Translations under genes and position numbers: made by a program
Source of the DNA: Spirochaetia bacterium
GTDB lineage: Bacteria; Spirochaetota; Spirochaetia; UBA9216
Length of the DNA stretch: 64,000 nt
Reading direction: 5' to 3'
Assembly (NCBI GenBank): GCA_963677925.2
Contig: CAXXYH010000004.1
Location: 544,001 to 608,000, forward strand
Notes under the pieces: generated by a model
The model's database searches: none
The model's input: the letters and a program-made list of their open reading frames with translations, nothing else
What the model was told of the DNA's origin: nothing
Shown here: positions 53,401 through 62,008 of the stretch, one piece after another
Numbering within the stretch: the first letter of the stretch is position 1
Layout: the number at the start of each line of letters is the position of its first letter

Positions 53401-53487
53401 TATCCGATTGCTATCAAGGGTGTAAGTCATTCAATCTCAGTTTTTTACGGTTATGTCGCCGGAAAAAACTGTGTAAAAGGTATATAA
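50446..53487 (+). CDS. Fusion oxidoreductase: OYE-like NADH:flavin oxidoreductase + FMN_bind + FAD_binding_2
   Basis: KNRIFMAPM, GFDGVEIHGGNTYL..QFFSP..NRRTD.WGG; DIITGAS flavinylation-type motif; DVIVVGAGVAG, NTGDG, N.RGERFMNE, GLYVAGN; no signal peptide. Confidence 0.88.
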   Translation: MSYKFTEKLKLRCGAELKNRIFMAPMTTLCGNSNGTAPHELVRYYGLRAGGPGAIVVECVHVNATGRVFPGGIGLDNDGEIEGLAKISEAIKEKDTKAILQVFHGGRMTNPSLINGAQPVCPSAIAAPRAGAVVPRELTASEIDNLIIEFAETCKRAVRAGFDGVEIHGGNTYLIQQFFSPHSNRRTDKWGGDVKSRAQFPLAVLKAIKTTVPAEGFIIGYRFSPEELEVPGIRYNDTLFLLEQLAAEGIDYLHFSTKTLHQTSIVNRDDQETLLEKLIGSASNTLKSVPLVGVGGVMKGEQADKGIEAGFSAIAIGRELIVEPEWVQKTVSGEPASTYVRHDQCRKLAIPESLWNFVESDMSAEYKRVNADKLAARVFQPGTYRESFDDLHGIITLKVKVNEKGIEDIEVIGGSEIEGAEEDVFDVLPRRMIELNSTSIDIITGASMSCKGIIACVDRALAKACGEEDPFAVQYNGEVIPTPTWLGDEPVIIDEQIEKYIETDVIVVGAGVAGVSATRSAAEEGAEVVVFEKADGPQTRSGEYAVINGRLQKMWGRDGLDTDEIADDMMKECSYRIKRPIIKRWADECAEVFDWWIAAKPDLYICKTNREDVPDEYKDSFLVPLYHPLPEHYNYREEVFPTIPTSVEFLPTQHPVVFANMDKAVSENKVTPFYGHFVVKLITDEHKKVIGVYARNAETGQYVKAVARKGVILASGDYASNTEMVRYYCPHIIENGVPSIWMNRDVEGMPTNTGDGLKFGAWIGARIQQNHAPITHNMGGPGGTGGAMGNTPFLFLNDRGERFMNESVPGQQLENQIEMQPNQAAFQIFDDNWPEAIPFMPTNHGTVCYYDDGIKPKNNEEDRSYRSRKEIDEAVETYQLVKKDTLEELFEELGVEVKTGLASVKRYNELCAKGKDEDFGKPAKRLFPVDKAPFYGVKMGVTAMLCCLGGLESDENCHTFDQSTREIIKGLYVAGNIQGNRFAVEYPIAIKGVSHSISVFYGYVAGKNCVKGI

Positions 53488-53489
53488 AA

Positions 53490-54467
53490 TTGTCTGATCA
53501 GCAGACCATAAACAGTGAAAATCTAATGGGTACGCTGATCCGCACTATTATTCCCGGAGAGGTTCCGCATGCTGTTACTGATGCAGTCTTCGATCTTCTC
53601 CGCAGTCTGGAAGCCCGGCTGACTGTTAACAGCCCTTCGGCATCCGGGCAGAAATCTCAGCTGAAAGAAATAAATGATTCAGCGGGTGTTTCAGCTGTTG
53701 TCGTAGATTCGGATGTTTACAGTATTGTCCGGAAGGCCGTTGATGCCAGTCTTGAATACCGCGACAGCTTCAATGCTTTTCTGGGGCCGGTTGTTAAGGC
53801 CTGGGGAATTGGTTTTGATAATCCCCGAATTCGTTCTGATGATGAAATTTCCGAACTTTTAAAACTTACAAATCCCGAAGACGCTGTACTTGATAATGAA
53901 AGGCAATCTGTTTTTCTTACCCGTAAAAATATGCAGCTTGATCTTGGAGCAATTGCGAAGGGATATGCTGCAGATCTTGCAGGCCAGCTTTACAATTCAA
54001 GCGGAATCTATCAGGGGTTGATAGACCTCGGCGGAAATGTCCTGGCTATGGGCGGTTCGGATAGAGCTGCGGACGGTTACTGGCGGATCGGAATCCAGTC
54101 ACCTTTTGATTCAAGAGGCGCCGTTGCAGGAACTCTTGCTATCCGGGATGCATCGGTTGTTACTTCGGGTATTTATGAACGAATCTTTGAGTCCGGCGGA
54201 AAGAAGTATCATCATATGATTGATCCGCAGACAGGACATCCCTTTGAAACGGATCTTGCAAGTGTGACGGTTATTGCCGGTACTTCTCTCGAAGCCGATC
54301 TATGGGCAACGATTCTTCAGTCCGGAGGACTTGATGAGGCATATGAAAAAGCCGAAGGCTGCTCTGACATTGAAGCTGTTTTTATCACCAGGGACAGCAT
54401 TGTTGTCCCGACTCCGGCAATACGCAACTGGTTTTCTCTGACTGACAATTCCTTCCGGCTGAATTAA
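53490..54467 (+). CDS. apbE: FAD:protein FMN transferase, lacking a signal peptide
   Basis: LMGT, LDLGAIAKGY, DLGGN, VTSGIYER, YHHMIDPQTG, AD..AT. Confidence 0.92.
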   Translation: MSDQQTINSENLMGTLIRTIIPGEVPHAVTDAVFDLLRSLEARLTVNSPSASGQKSQLKEINDSAGVSAVVVDSDVYSIVRKAVDASLEYRDSFNAFLGPVVKAWGIGFDNPRIRSDDEISELLKLTNPEDAVLDNERQSVFLTRKNMQLDLGAIAKGYAADLAGQLYNSSGIYQGLIDLGGNVLAMGGSDRAADGYWRIGIQSPFDSRGAVAGTLAIRDASVVTSGIYERIFESGGKKYHHMIDPQTGHPFETDLASVTVIAGTSLEADLWATILQSGGLDEAYEKAEGCSDIEAVFITRDSIVVPTPAIRNWFSLTDNSFRLN

Positions 54468-54955
54468 TTCAGAATGTCATTTAAGCAAATATTTTTACAG
54501 CCTTTGCTTTGATAATATTCCAGCATCTCGGGAATTTTTTTCATTGACCAGCTGGTAATGCAATCTGATAAAACATTTACATCAAAACCTGCTTTGATTA
54601 AATTGAAACAGGTTGATTTAACACATATAGCTGCATCTGCTCCTGCTATATAAAATTCTCCAATTTCATTTTTATCGATAAAGTCTTTAAATTCTTCACT
54701 GGTTAATGCATTAGTCCTGGTTTTTGTAAAGATATTCTCTGAAACTACTTTCAAGTCTTCAGCTAACTCAGCCCCGAATGTATTGGGTTTAAGCACCCTC
54801 GAACCGGCTGATAGATTTTCATGCTTTATATAGACTACATGAACTTTATTATTGGCGGCCCAATCGATTGCTTTATTTATGTTTCCAATAACATTTTTAT
54901 AATTCCCGGTTATGTCATTTTGAATATCTATTACGACGATGGCTTTTTTCTGCAA
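54464..54955 (-). CDS. Isochorismatase-family cysteine hydrolase
   Basis: VVIDIQND, FTK, AGAD..ICV.ST. Confidence 0.88.
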   Translation of the reverse strand: MQKKAIVVIDIQNDITGNYKNVIGNINKAIDWAANNKVHVVYIKHENLSAGSRVLKPNTFGAELAEDLKVVSENIFTKTRTNALTSEEFKDFIDKNEIGEFYIAGADAAICVKSTCFNLIKAGFDVNVLSDCITSWSMKKIPEMLEYYQSKGCKNICLNDILN

Positions 54956-55010
54956 AATATATCCTCCTCATCAGCAGATTTATATGCTTATTTTTCAATT
55001 ATACATACAA

Positions 55011-55034
55011 TTGTTGACAACAGTGTGGCAACAA
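55011..55034. promoter_or_regulatory. Inverted repeat, candidate operator of the WYL regulator
   Basis: TTGTTGACA-ACAGTG-TGGCAACAA between the divergent hydrolase and WYL genes. Confidence 0.65.
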
Positions 55035-55063
55035 TATAAAAATATTAAACAGGTAATTATCTG

Positions 55064-55996
55064 ATGAAAATTGACAGGCTGGTTAGCATAATAATGATGC
55101 TCCTTGATAAAAAGCGTATCGGCGCACAGGAGTTAGCGGATATTTTTGAAGTATCACCCCGTACAATTTACCGTGATATAGACACCATCAATATGGGTGG
55201 TATTCCAGTCAGATAAATACCGGGAGTGGGCGGCGGTTTTGAAATTATGCAAAACTATAAAATTGAAAAAAATGTTTTCTCTACTGCTGATCTTTCTGCA
55301 ATTTTAATGGGGCTTTCCAGTATTTCCAACATGATACGGGGTGATGAACTGATAAACGCCCTTGCAAAAGTGAAGAGTTTTATCCCTGCAGACAGGGCGA
55401 AAGACATTGAATTAAAAGCAAATCAAATATATATAGATTTAAGCCCCTGGATGGGCAACAAAAACATACAATTGTATTTGGACCTGATCAAAAGATCCTT
55501 ACATAATAGTAAGCTGTTGTCGTTTGAGTATTCAGCTCACCATGCAAATCTAACCGTACGAATTGTAGAGCCGTATCAGCTTGTATTGAAAAGTAATCAC
55601 TGGTATTTATACAGCTACTGCCATACCAGAACTGATTATCGATTATTCAAACTATCCCGTATATCGAATCTTAAAATAGAAGATGAATCTTTTATACCAC
55701 GAGACTATCAGAAACCGATTTTAGAATTTTCGGAAATTTTAGAAACAATTCAAATGAAGATCAAACTCCGTATTCATAAAGATGTATTGGATAGGGTGCG
55801 TGATTTTTGTTCTCATGAAGACTTTTCACCGGAAGATAACGGGTATTATATTGTCAAATTTCCTTTCATTGAAAATGAATACTACTACAATATGCTTTTC
55901 AGTTTTGGAGATAAATGCGAATGTTTAGAGCCGTTACATATCCGTAAAGAAATCAATCGAAGAATACATGATATGGCTGCCATATATGAAAATTAG
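55064..55996 (+). pseudogene. YafY-family HTH-WYL regulator with an in-frame TAA at codon 51
   Basis: MKIDRLVSIIMMLL...ELADIFEVSPRTIYRDIDTINMGGIPVR*IPGVGGGF (TAA 55214-55216), in frame with the ORF 55226-55996 that carries VEPY, WYLYSYC, RLFKLSRI. Confidence 0.88.
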
Positions 55997-56059
55997 ACAT
56001 CTGTAACAGATAATGTAATTTCATAACGTTATAATCAGCGTCATCAATAGGATAAATTT

Positions 56060-57076
56060 CTAAGGCTTGTCCTCTGTTCCGTCTGCGTATTTAGCGAAAC
56101 GGACTGCATCAATAGAATGAACCGGTTCGCTGCTTTTCCAGGGCCAGCCTCCGAACTGTGTCTGCTGATAGTCTGAAATAGCCTGATTGATTTCACTTCC
56201 TGTATTCATAACGAATGGCCCGTACTGTGCAACAGGTTCATTAATCGGATTACCCTGAAGCATCAGCAACCTGCTTGATTTACTGCCGCTATTCTCCAGT
56301 TGAATAGTTTTATCTGATACTGTATCAAACCCGTGGTTTTCAGGGATTTCTTTTCCTTCAGCGGTAAGTCCGCTTCCTTCGTAATAGTACAGTGTTCTTT
56401 CGCTTTCCGCAGGAGCTTCCGGGAGTGTCCATACTGCACCGGGCGCAAGGTTTATTATCCATATTGCTACATTGTTCTCCGGTTTGTTTGCCCATGAATC
56501 GGGTGCAGGGGCAGGAGCTGATTCTCCGTGCAGCGTACCTGCAATTATCCGAATTGAAATATCTTTTCCGTTCTCATCGGACTCATGAAGCACCGGAATT
56601 TTTTCAGCCCACAGCATTGTATAGTGCGGATTAACAAATTTGTCTTTTGCAGGGAGATTGAGCCATACCTGAAAAAGATGCAGTGTGTTCGGTTTATCTT
56701 TATAAACGCAGGGAAACATTTCCGAATGCTGCAGTCCGCTGCCGGCAGTCATCCATTGGACATCACCCTCTCCGTAGCGCCCGCCGGAGCCGTGTGAGTC
56801 AGAATGGTCAACAAAGCCTTCAAGTACTATCGTAACAGTTTCAAATCCTCGGTGCGGGTGTTCGGGAAAGCCTGGAACTTTCTCTCCATGATACATTCTC
56901 CACCCGTCTTTAAGTGTGAAGTCCTGTCCTATCATTCTGCCTGCGAGAGATGCGTCCGGACCCTGCTGATCGTTACCATTCGGATAATGATCATAGTGAT
57001 GAGCACAGAACAGAAAAGGATCCCGGGTTTCCCAATGGAACCCAAGCGAACGAATATTGCTTATTGTATCTTTCAT
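56060..57076 (-). CDS. Pirin-family protein
   Basis: DPFLFCAH, GFPEHPHRGFETVT, QWMTAGSG..HSE, GPFVMN; start likely MKDTIS. Confidence 0.92.
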   Translation of the reverse strand: MKDTISNIRSLGFHWETRDPFLFCAHHYDHYPNGNDQQGPDASLAGRMIGQDFTLKDGWRMYHGEKVPGFPEHPHRGFETVTIVLEGFVDHSDSHGSGGRYGEGDVQWMTAGSGLQHSEMFPCVYKDKPNTLHLFQVWLNLPAKDKFVNPHYTMLWAEKIPVLHESDENGKDISIRIIAGTLHGESAPAPAPDSWANKPENNVAIWIINLAPGAVWTLPEAPAESERTLYYYEGSGLTAEGKEIPENHGFDTVSDKTIQLENSGSKSSRLLMLQGNPINEPVAQYGPFVMNTGSEINQAISDYQQTQFGGWPWKSSEPVHSIDAVRFAKYADGTEDKP

Positions 57077-57146
57077 AAACACAATATTAATGTTTCTGTT
57101 TTGTTTAATCAAGAAAATGGTATAAAATCAGTTACGGAAAAATCCA

Positions 57147-58847
57147 ATGGAAAAAGCTGATTTAATAATAACGAATGCAAAAATATTTACTTCGAACATT
57201 AAGCAGAAATGGGCAGACTGTCTTGCAGTTAAAGGGGATCGCTTTATAGCTGTAGGCAGCGGAAGTCTTGAGGAATACAGAAGTAATACTACGGTGATTT
57301 ATGATGCCGGCGGCAGGATGATTCTTCCGGGTATTATAGATGGACATACCCATGTTGAGCCGGTAATTTTGTCAAAATGGAGAATTCAACTGCCGAAAAC
57401 TGACAGCCTTGAGGTGCTTCTTGAAGCGGCAGCTGAATACTGCAGGCAGCATCCCGTCCATGAAGTACCTTATTTCTTTGGCGAGAGTTACTACCCTGAA
57501 ATGTTTGACGGAGACGAACCGTCCAGAGAACTTCTTGATAATTATATTTCTGACAGACCCGCCAGGCTGCAGGATTTTACGGATCACGCCTGCTGGTTCA
57601 ACAGTATGGCTCTTGAGTATCTGGGTATTACAAAAGAGACTCCTAACCCTATTGGGCCTTTCGGCGAGATAGAATTTATCCGGGATCAGGATGGGAATCC
57701 TACCGGATGGGTAAAGGAGCCTGAATCAGACATTCTTGAAGACCCCATTTATGACAGGGTCGGCTGGAGCCCTCCCGGGGCTGTCTCAAAGAACGAGCTG
57801 ATATCTCTTCTTGATTATTACAGCAGTTTCGGTATTATCGCTTTCTTTGATGCTATTACCGAGTCTGAACATCTGCTTAAGCTTCTTTCTGAGCTGGAAG
57901 CTTCCGGAAACCTGCATTCATATTATGAAGGAGCAAGCATCCTTAACTCATATGAAAATCTTGATGAGTCGATTGGCAGAGCAAAGGAATGGCAGGCCGG
58001 ATATAAAAGCAGACATATCAACATCCGTACCGTAAAATTTTTTCTGGACGGTACAAATGAACTAGGCGACTGTGCGTCTCTTGTTCCTTTCAGTAATGAT
58101 CCCGGCGGGACAAAATACGGCTCAATTAATATGGAAGCGGAAGAACTTACTAAAACTATTTTAAGGCTTAATGCCGAGGAGCTCGATTTTCACATTCATA
58201 TGGTCGGAGACCGGGCATTCCGCACAGCCTGTGATGCTGTTGAATCAGCGCAGAGGATCTGTAAAAAAAGTAATACCGAATTTGTTATTTATATAACCTT
58301 CTGTCACTGTGAGCTTGTACATCCTGATGACAGATCCCGTGCGTCAAAACTAGGTATCATCATTAACTGGAGTCCTCAATGGTCAGGCGGATATTTCGGT
58401 GAAGCTGCAATAGATTATCTCGGTCTGGAACGTTGGAATACCATGTACGATTTTAGACAGATGATTGACGCCGGTACTGTTGTTACCTATGGAAGTGATA
58501 TCTACTCATGGCAGGAAGTTGATCGGTGCAATCCGTTTCTGGGAATTGAATGCGGCAGTACTAGGGTTGATCCTCAGTTTCCCCTTAGTGAAAGCCGGTA
58601 TCCGGGAAGTGTACGTCCGCCGGCTGATGCTGTTCTAAGCATAGAAGAGCTGATTCTCGGTTATACAATAAAAGGTGCAGTTCCCTTCCGTCTTGAAAAT
58701 GAAATGGGCTCAATTGAGAAGGGAAAACTTGCACACTTTGTTGTAATGAACGAGGATATTTTTTCAATCCCAAAAAATGAAATTCATAACATTACTGTTA
58801 AATCAGTTTTCTTTGAAGGGAAGCCTGTCTTCGGTAAACTTCTTTAA
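57147..58847 (+). CDS. Amidohydrolase 3 (YtcJ-like)
   Basis: PGIIDGHTH, KFFLDG, HIHMVGD, HCE, YGSD, GSIEKGKLA. Confidence 0.9.
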   Translation: MEKADLIITNAKIFTSNIKQKWADCLAVKGDRFIAVGSGSLEEYRSNTTVIYDAGGRMILPGIIDGHTHVEPVILSKWRIQLPKTDSLEVLLEAAAEYCRQHPVHEVPYFFGESYYPEMFDGDEPSRELLDNYISDRPARLQDFTDHACWFNSMALEYLGITKETPNPIGPFGEIEFIRDQDGNPTGWVKEPESDILEDPIYDRVGWSPPGAVSKNELISLLDYYSSFGIIAFFDAITESEHLLKLLSELEASGNLHSYYEGASILNSYENLDESIGRAKEWQAGYKSRHINIRTVKFFLDGTNELGDCASLVPFSNDPGGTKYGSINMEAEELTKTILRLNAEELDFHIHMVGDRAFRTACDAVESAQRICKKSNTEFVIYITFCHCELVHPDDRSRASKLGIIINWSPQWSGGYFGEAAIDYLGLERWNTMYDFRQMIDAGTVVTYGSDIYSWQEVDRCNPFLGIECGSTRVDPQFPLSESRYPGSVRPPADAVLSIEELILGYTIKGAVPFRLENEMGSIEKGKLAHFVVMNEDIFSIPKNEIHNITVKSVFFEGKPVFGKLL

Positions 58848-58942
58848 TTCACTGAGTATCTTTGTTTACTTTTTCTATAGGACATTATTGCATATCAGTT
58901 TTTTCCAATTAAAATTATTATATAGAGTTAACAGGAGGGATT

Positions 58943-59191
58943 ATGGAATATCAGATAGTTGCAATTAAAGTAGGTCGCCGTGAAGAATCTTCGACTAATG
59001 TACAGTCAATACTTACTTCATTCGGCTGCAGTATAAAAGTCAGGCTTGGCCTTCATGATGCTGTTGAGGGTGCATGCTCGCCTACAGGATTGATTCTTCT
59101 TCAGGTTTCAGCTGCAGAAAATGAATTAAATTCTTTTCTTGATGACCTTAATAGTCTGGAAGACGTTACTGCAAAGGCGCTGAAAATTTAG
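58943..59191 (+). CDS. TM1266-like ACT-fold protein (iron-only hydrogenase system regulator-like)
   Basis: R......VQSILT.FGC.IK.RLGLHD; GGAGG SD; 82 aa. Confidence 0.75.
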   Translation: MEYQIVAIKVGRREESSTNVQSILTSFGCSIKVRLGLHDAVEGACSPTGLILLQVSAAENELNSFLDDLNSLEDVTAKALKI

Positions 59192-59496
59192 AAAACCAGC
59201 TTAAAAGTATAATTCTGTAATTGATTCTACATTTTTGATATCTGTTTCAGCCATAAATTATTTGACGCAGAAAATATTTCGGGTAAGAATAATTTATATT
59301 GCGCAATATTATTTAAGGTTGAGGCAGATGAGAACATAAATTTCGTTTGTCTCAAGAATCCTCTAAAAAATGAATTTGTCTGAGTGTCTCGGACTGAATT
59401 CGGGTGAGAGTATTTATAAAATTGTGCTAATCATTTCTTCTGAAATATCAATCTCCTGAATAGTCCAGTATTCTCAGCAGTTTTAAAAAACAGAAA

Positions 59497-61632
59497 TTGA
59501 GGGTAATTATGAGAAAAACTATCAGAACTATTCAAAAAAGTAATTTACTATTTTCATTTATTGCAGCTGTGCTGCTGTTTGCAGCAGGATGCAGTAATCC
59601 GGTTATTACTGTTGATGCAGAAAGTAGAAAGGCCGGTAACACGGTTAATTCAGATTTAATTATTGCGGCTGACACTTTAATTGAAATAAACGAAACTACA
59701 AGCTATGAAACTCTTGAGATAGGTGCGGATGCATCATTCAGTATACCTGAAGGTTATTATCTGACAATGCTGGTTGACGGCATTGAAACAGTTATAGAGG
59801 AAGGTGTTTATTCTGATGTTACACTGGTGTTAACCAGGGATACAGAATTTATGGGAAGCTGGACCTGGGGCGGCAGAGACGCAGCTGCTTCAACTGCAAC
59901 ACCTCCATTCAGGGCCGCCGCGTATATTGACAGTGAGGGAATGAATGAAGAATGTTCTGTTCTTGAGGCTGTGGGATCAGGAAAGGTTTTTGATGATAAG
60001 GCAAACGGAATAAAAATTCAGGGCCAGACCGGTGATTTCTCAGGTATTGTTGTTAATAATGCTGATTATTCAATCCATGGTGCAAAAATCACTCTGGGGG
60101 GTGATACTGTCGACGGTTCCAATACAAACGATTTTGCAGGACTCGGAGCTGCAGTTGTCGTTTCTGGTGAAGATGCATTTCTTAAAGTAAACGGTTCGAA
60201 GATAGAAACCACCGGTGTCGGCAAACTGCCTGTTTTTGTTGATGATGGTGCTGTTGCAGTTTTTGAAGGCTGTAAAATAAGGGCTAACGGCGGAACCATT
60301 TATGACGGTTATATGTCTACTGCTGATCAGACTATCATGGTTGCTCCGCCGTGGGTTCTCGGCCTGGACAATGCAGAGTCAAATGCCCGAGGTTCCAACC
60401 TGATGGGTGATTATTCCGTAGCAGCATATGTAGATTCTGATATTTACGCACACGGCTGGGCCGGTCTATCAACCGACAGCGGATCCCAGATGCATTTGAT
60501 TGTTGTAAACTCTGATATCAAAGTTGAGAACTCAGGTTACGGAACATACAATATCGGCAGTGCTACCGAAGACTTCTACGGTGTCAGAATGGATGTAGCA
60601 ACAATCGGTATCATCCATACCGGCGGTCAGTCAACAATCCGGTCCTCAAGAGCAGGAGAAGAAATTAATGTTGCCAAGATGGATGGCGATACTGATGAAT
60701 ACGGATTCCAGGCTGAAGGTGCTGCTGTAACAGCTGTTTCAAGCAGAAGCTCAAGGCCTTCAGAAATAGTTGCCGGCAGCTTCGGTATTATGGCTCATCA
60801 GGGAACCAATGTAGTGAATATACTCGATAAAACATCAATAACATCCGGTGATGCCATGTTCCTGATAAAGGGCGGCAACAACTACATTAATGTTGATGAT
60901 TCTTTGCTGAAATCAGAATCAGGCGTTCTTCTTCAGCTTTTTGATAATGATGATCCCGCAGTCGGTCTTGATATGGGAACTGAATGGGGAATTGATGATC
61001 TTTTCTACGGCCACACCTACGGAATGCATATGCCTACATTCAATGAGTCATTCACCGAAGGTGAAGGCTACAGCAGTGAATTCGGCGGTATGACAGACTA
61101 CGGGACCAGCGGGATCTGTGACCTGACGCTTTCAAACGGAAACTACGAAGGTGATATCTGGAACTCAACCGGCTACCTGGTACAGGGCGCGATGGGTCCG
61201 GCAAGTGCAACCGGTTATGATGTAACAGTGACCATCGGCGAAGGTGCAACCCTTAAAGGCTTTGTCTCAGCGGGAGAGTTCAGTCATGTTGAAAAAGATC
61301 TTGCTGTCGGCAACGGTGACTGGTCTGATGCTGAATATCTGGGTCATGTAACTAATCAGGTTTACTGGAACGGATATAACAATATTGATGTTGTTGTTGA
61401 AGAAGGTGCTATATGGATTGTCACAGGAAGCGATCAGGATGATGCGGAAGGTATAATTACAAGTTTAACAAACAACGGAAGAATAATAGGTATTATTACA
61501 GAGGTTGATGAGGACTCAGACGGCATAGTTGATTATTATACTGTTGCTCCGGATCCTGATTATAAAGATGACCGGCCCGGAGATTTTCGACATAAAGATT
61601 TTAAAAATAAGGATAAAGGAAGACACAGATAA
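59497..61632 (+). CDS. Large acidic Gly-rich lipoprotein, probable beta-solenoid
   Basis: Lipobox LFAAGC (start probably ATG 59509); repetitive beta-turn composition; basic C-terminal tail. Confidence 0.7.
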   Translation: MRVIMRKTIRTIQKSNLLFSFIAAVLLFAAGCSNPVITVDAESRKAGNTVNSDLIIAADTLIEINETTSYETLEIGADASFSIPEGYYLTMLVDGIETVIEEGVYSDVTLVLTRDTEFMGSWTWGGRDAAASTATPPFRAAAYIDSEGMNEECSVLEAVGSGKVFDDKANGIKIQGQTGDFSGIVVNNADYSIHGAKITLGGDTVDGSNTNDFAGLGAAVVVSGEDAFLKVNGSKIETTGVGKLPVFVDDGAVAVFEGCKIRANGGTIYDGYMSTADQTIMVAPPWVLGLDNAESNARGSNLMGDYSVAAYVDSDIYAHGWAGLSTDSGSQMHLIVVNSDIKVENSGYGTYNIGSATEDFYGVRMDVATIGIIHTGGQSTIRSSRAGEEINVAKMDGDTDEYGFQAEGAAVTAVSSRSSRPSEIVAGSFGIMAHQGTNVVNILDKTSITSGDAMFLIKGGNNYINVDDSLLKSESGVLLQLFDNDDPAVGLDMGTEWGIDDLFYGHTYGMHMPTFNESFTEGEGYSSEFGGMTDYGTSGICDLTLSNGNYEGDIWNSTGYLVQGAMGPASATGYDVTVTIGEGATLKGFVSAGEFSHVEKDLAVGNGDWSDAEYLGHVTNQVYWNGYNNIDVVVEEGAIWIVTGSDQDDAEGIITSLTNNGRIIGIITEVDEDSDGIVDYYTVAPDPDYKDDRPGDFRHKDFKNKDKGRHR

Positions 61633-61645
61633 TACTTTGTATATA

Positions 61646-61680
61646 AGGGTTGTCCGGTCTGGGCAGCCCTTTTTTAAAAA
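61646..61680. terminator. Intrinsic terminator
   Basis: AAGGGTTGTCC-GGTCT-GGGCAGCCCTT followed by a T-tract. Confidence 0.8.
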
Positions 61681-61937
61681 ACTATAAAGTCGCCTTTCCT
61701 GTTAAGCTCGTCTGTATATCTTTTATTACCTGAATCGGTGAGTATATAATAAGTATCTTTACCCTTAATCTCCTCTTTGAAAAGATCGTAGTACTGACAC
61801 ATTTTAACATCATCACCCGGAGCAATTTCCGAGGGAGTCCAGTGGGTAGCTTCATCTGCTGAATAAACAATTTCGTAGCTGGTAGACATGGGTCAATAAT
61901 AGACATCCGATAAAAGCATGTCAATTGTGCTCTTCAT
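61674..61937 (-). CDS. Small protein with in-frame TGA at codon 15 (possible selenoprotein or nonsense allele)
   Basis: ATG 61937 after AGGGA, with TATAAT at 61974-61969; reads MKSTIDMLLSDVYY*PMSTSYEIV..., in frame with the 71-aa ORF. Confidence 0.5.
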
Positions 61938-62008
61938 TGTTTCCCTGTCTTGTCGGAAAGTGTTAATCATTATAACCTGAAAACTAACTGGAATTCTGGA
62001 GTACGGAT

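Noticed and set aside
61682-61924. 80-aa alternative-frame ORF
   Set aside because: No SD; it overlaps the better-supported frame starting at 61937.
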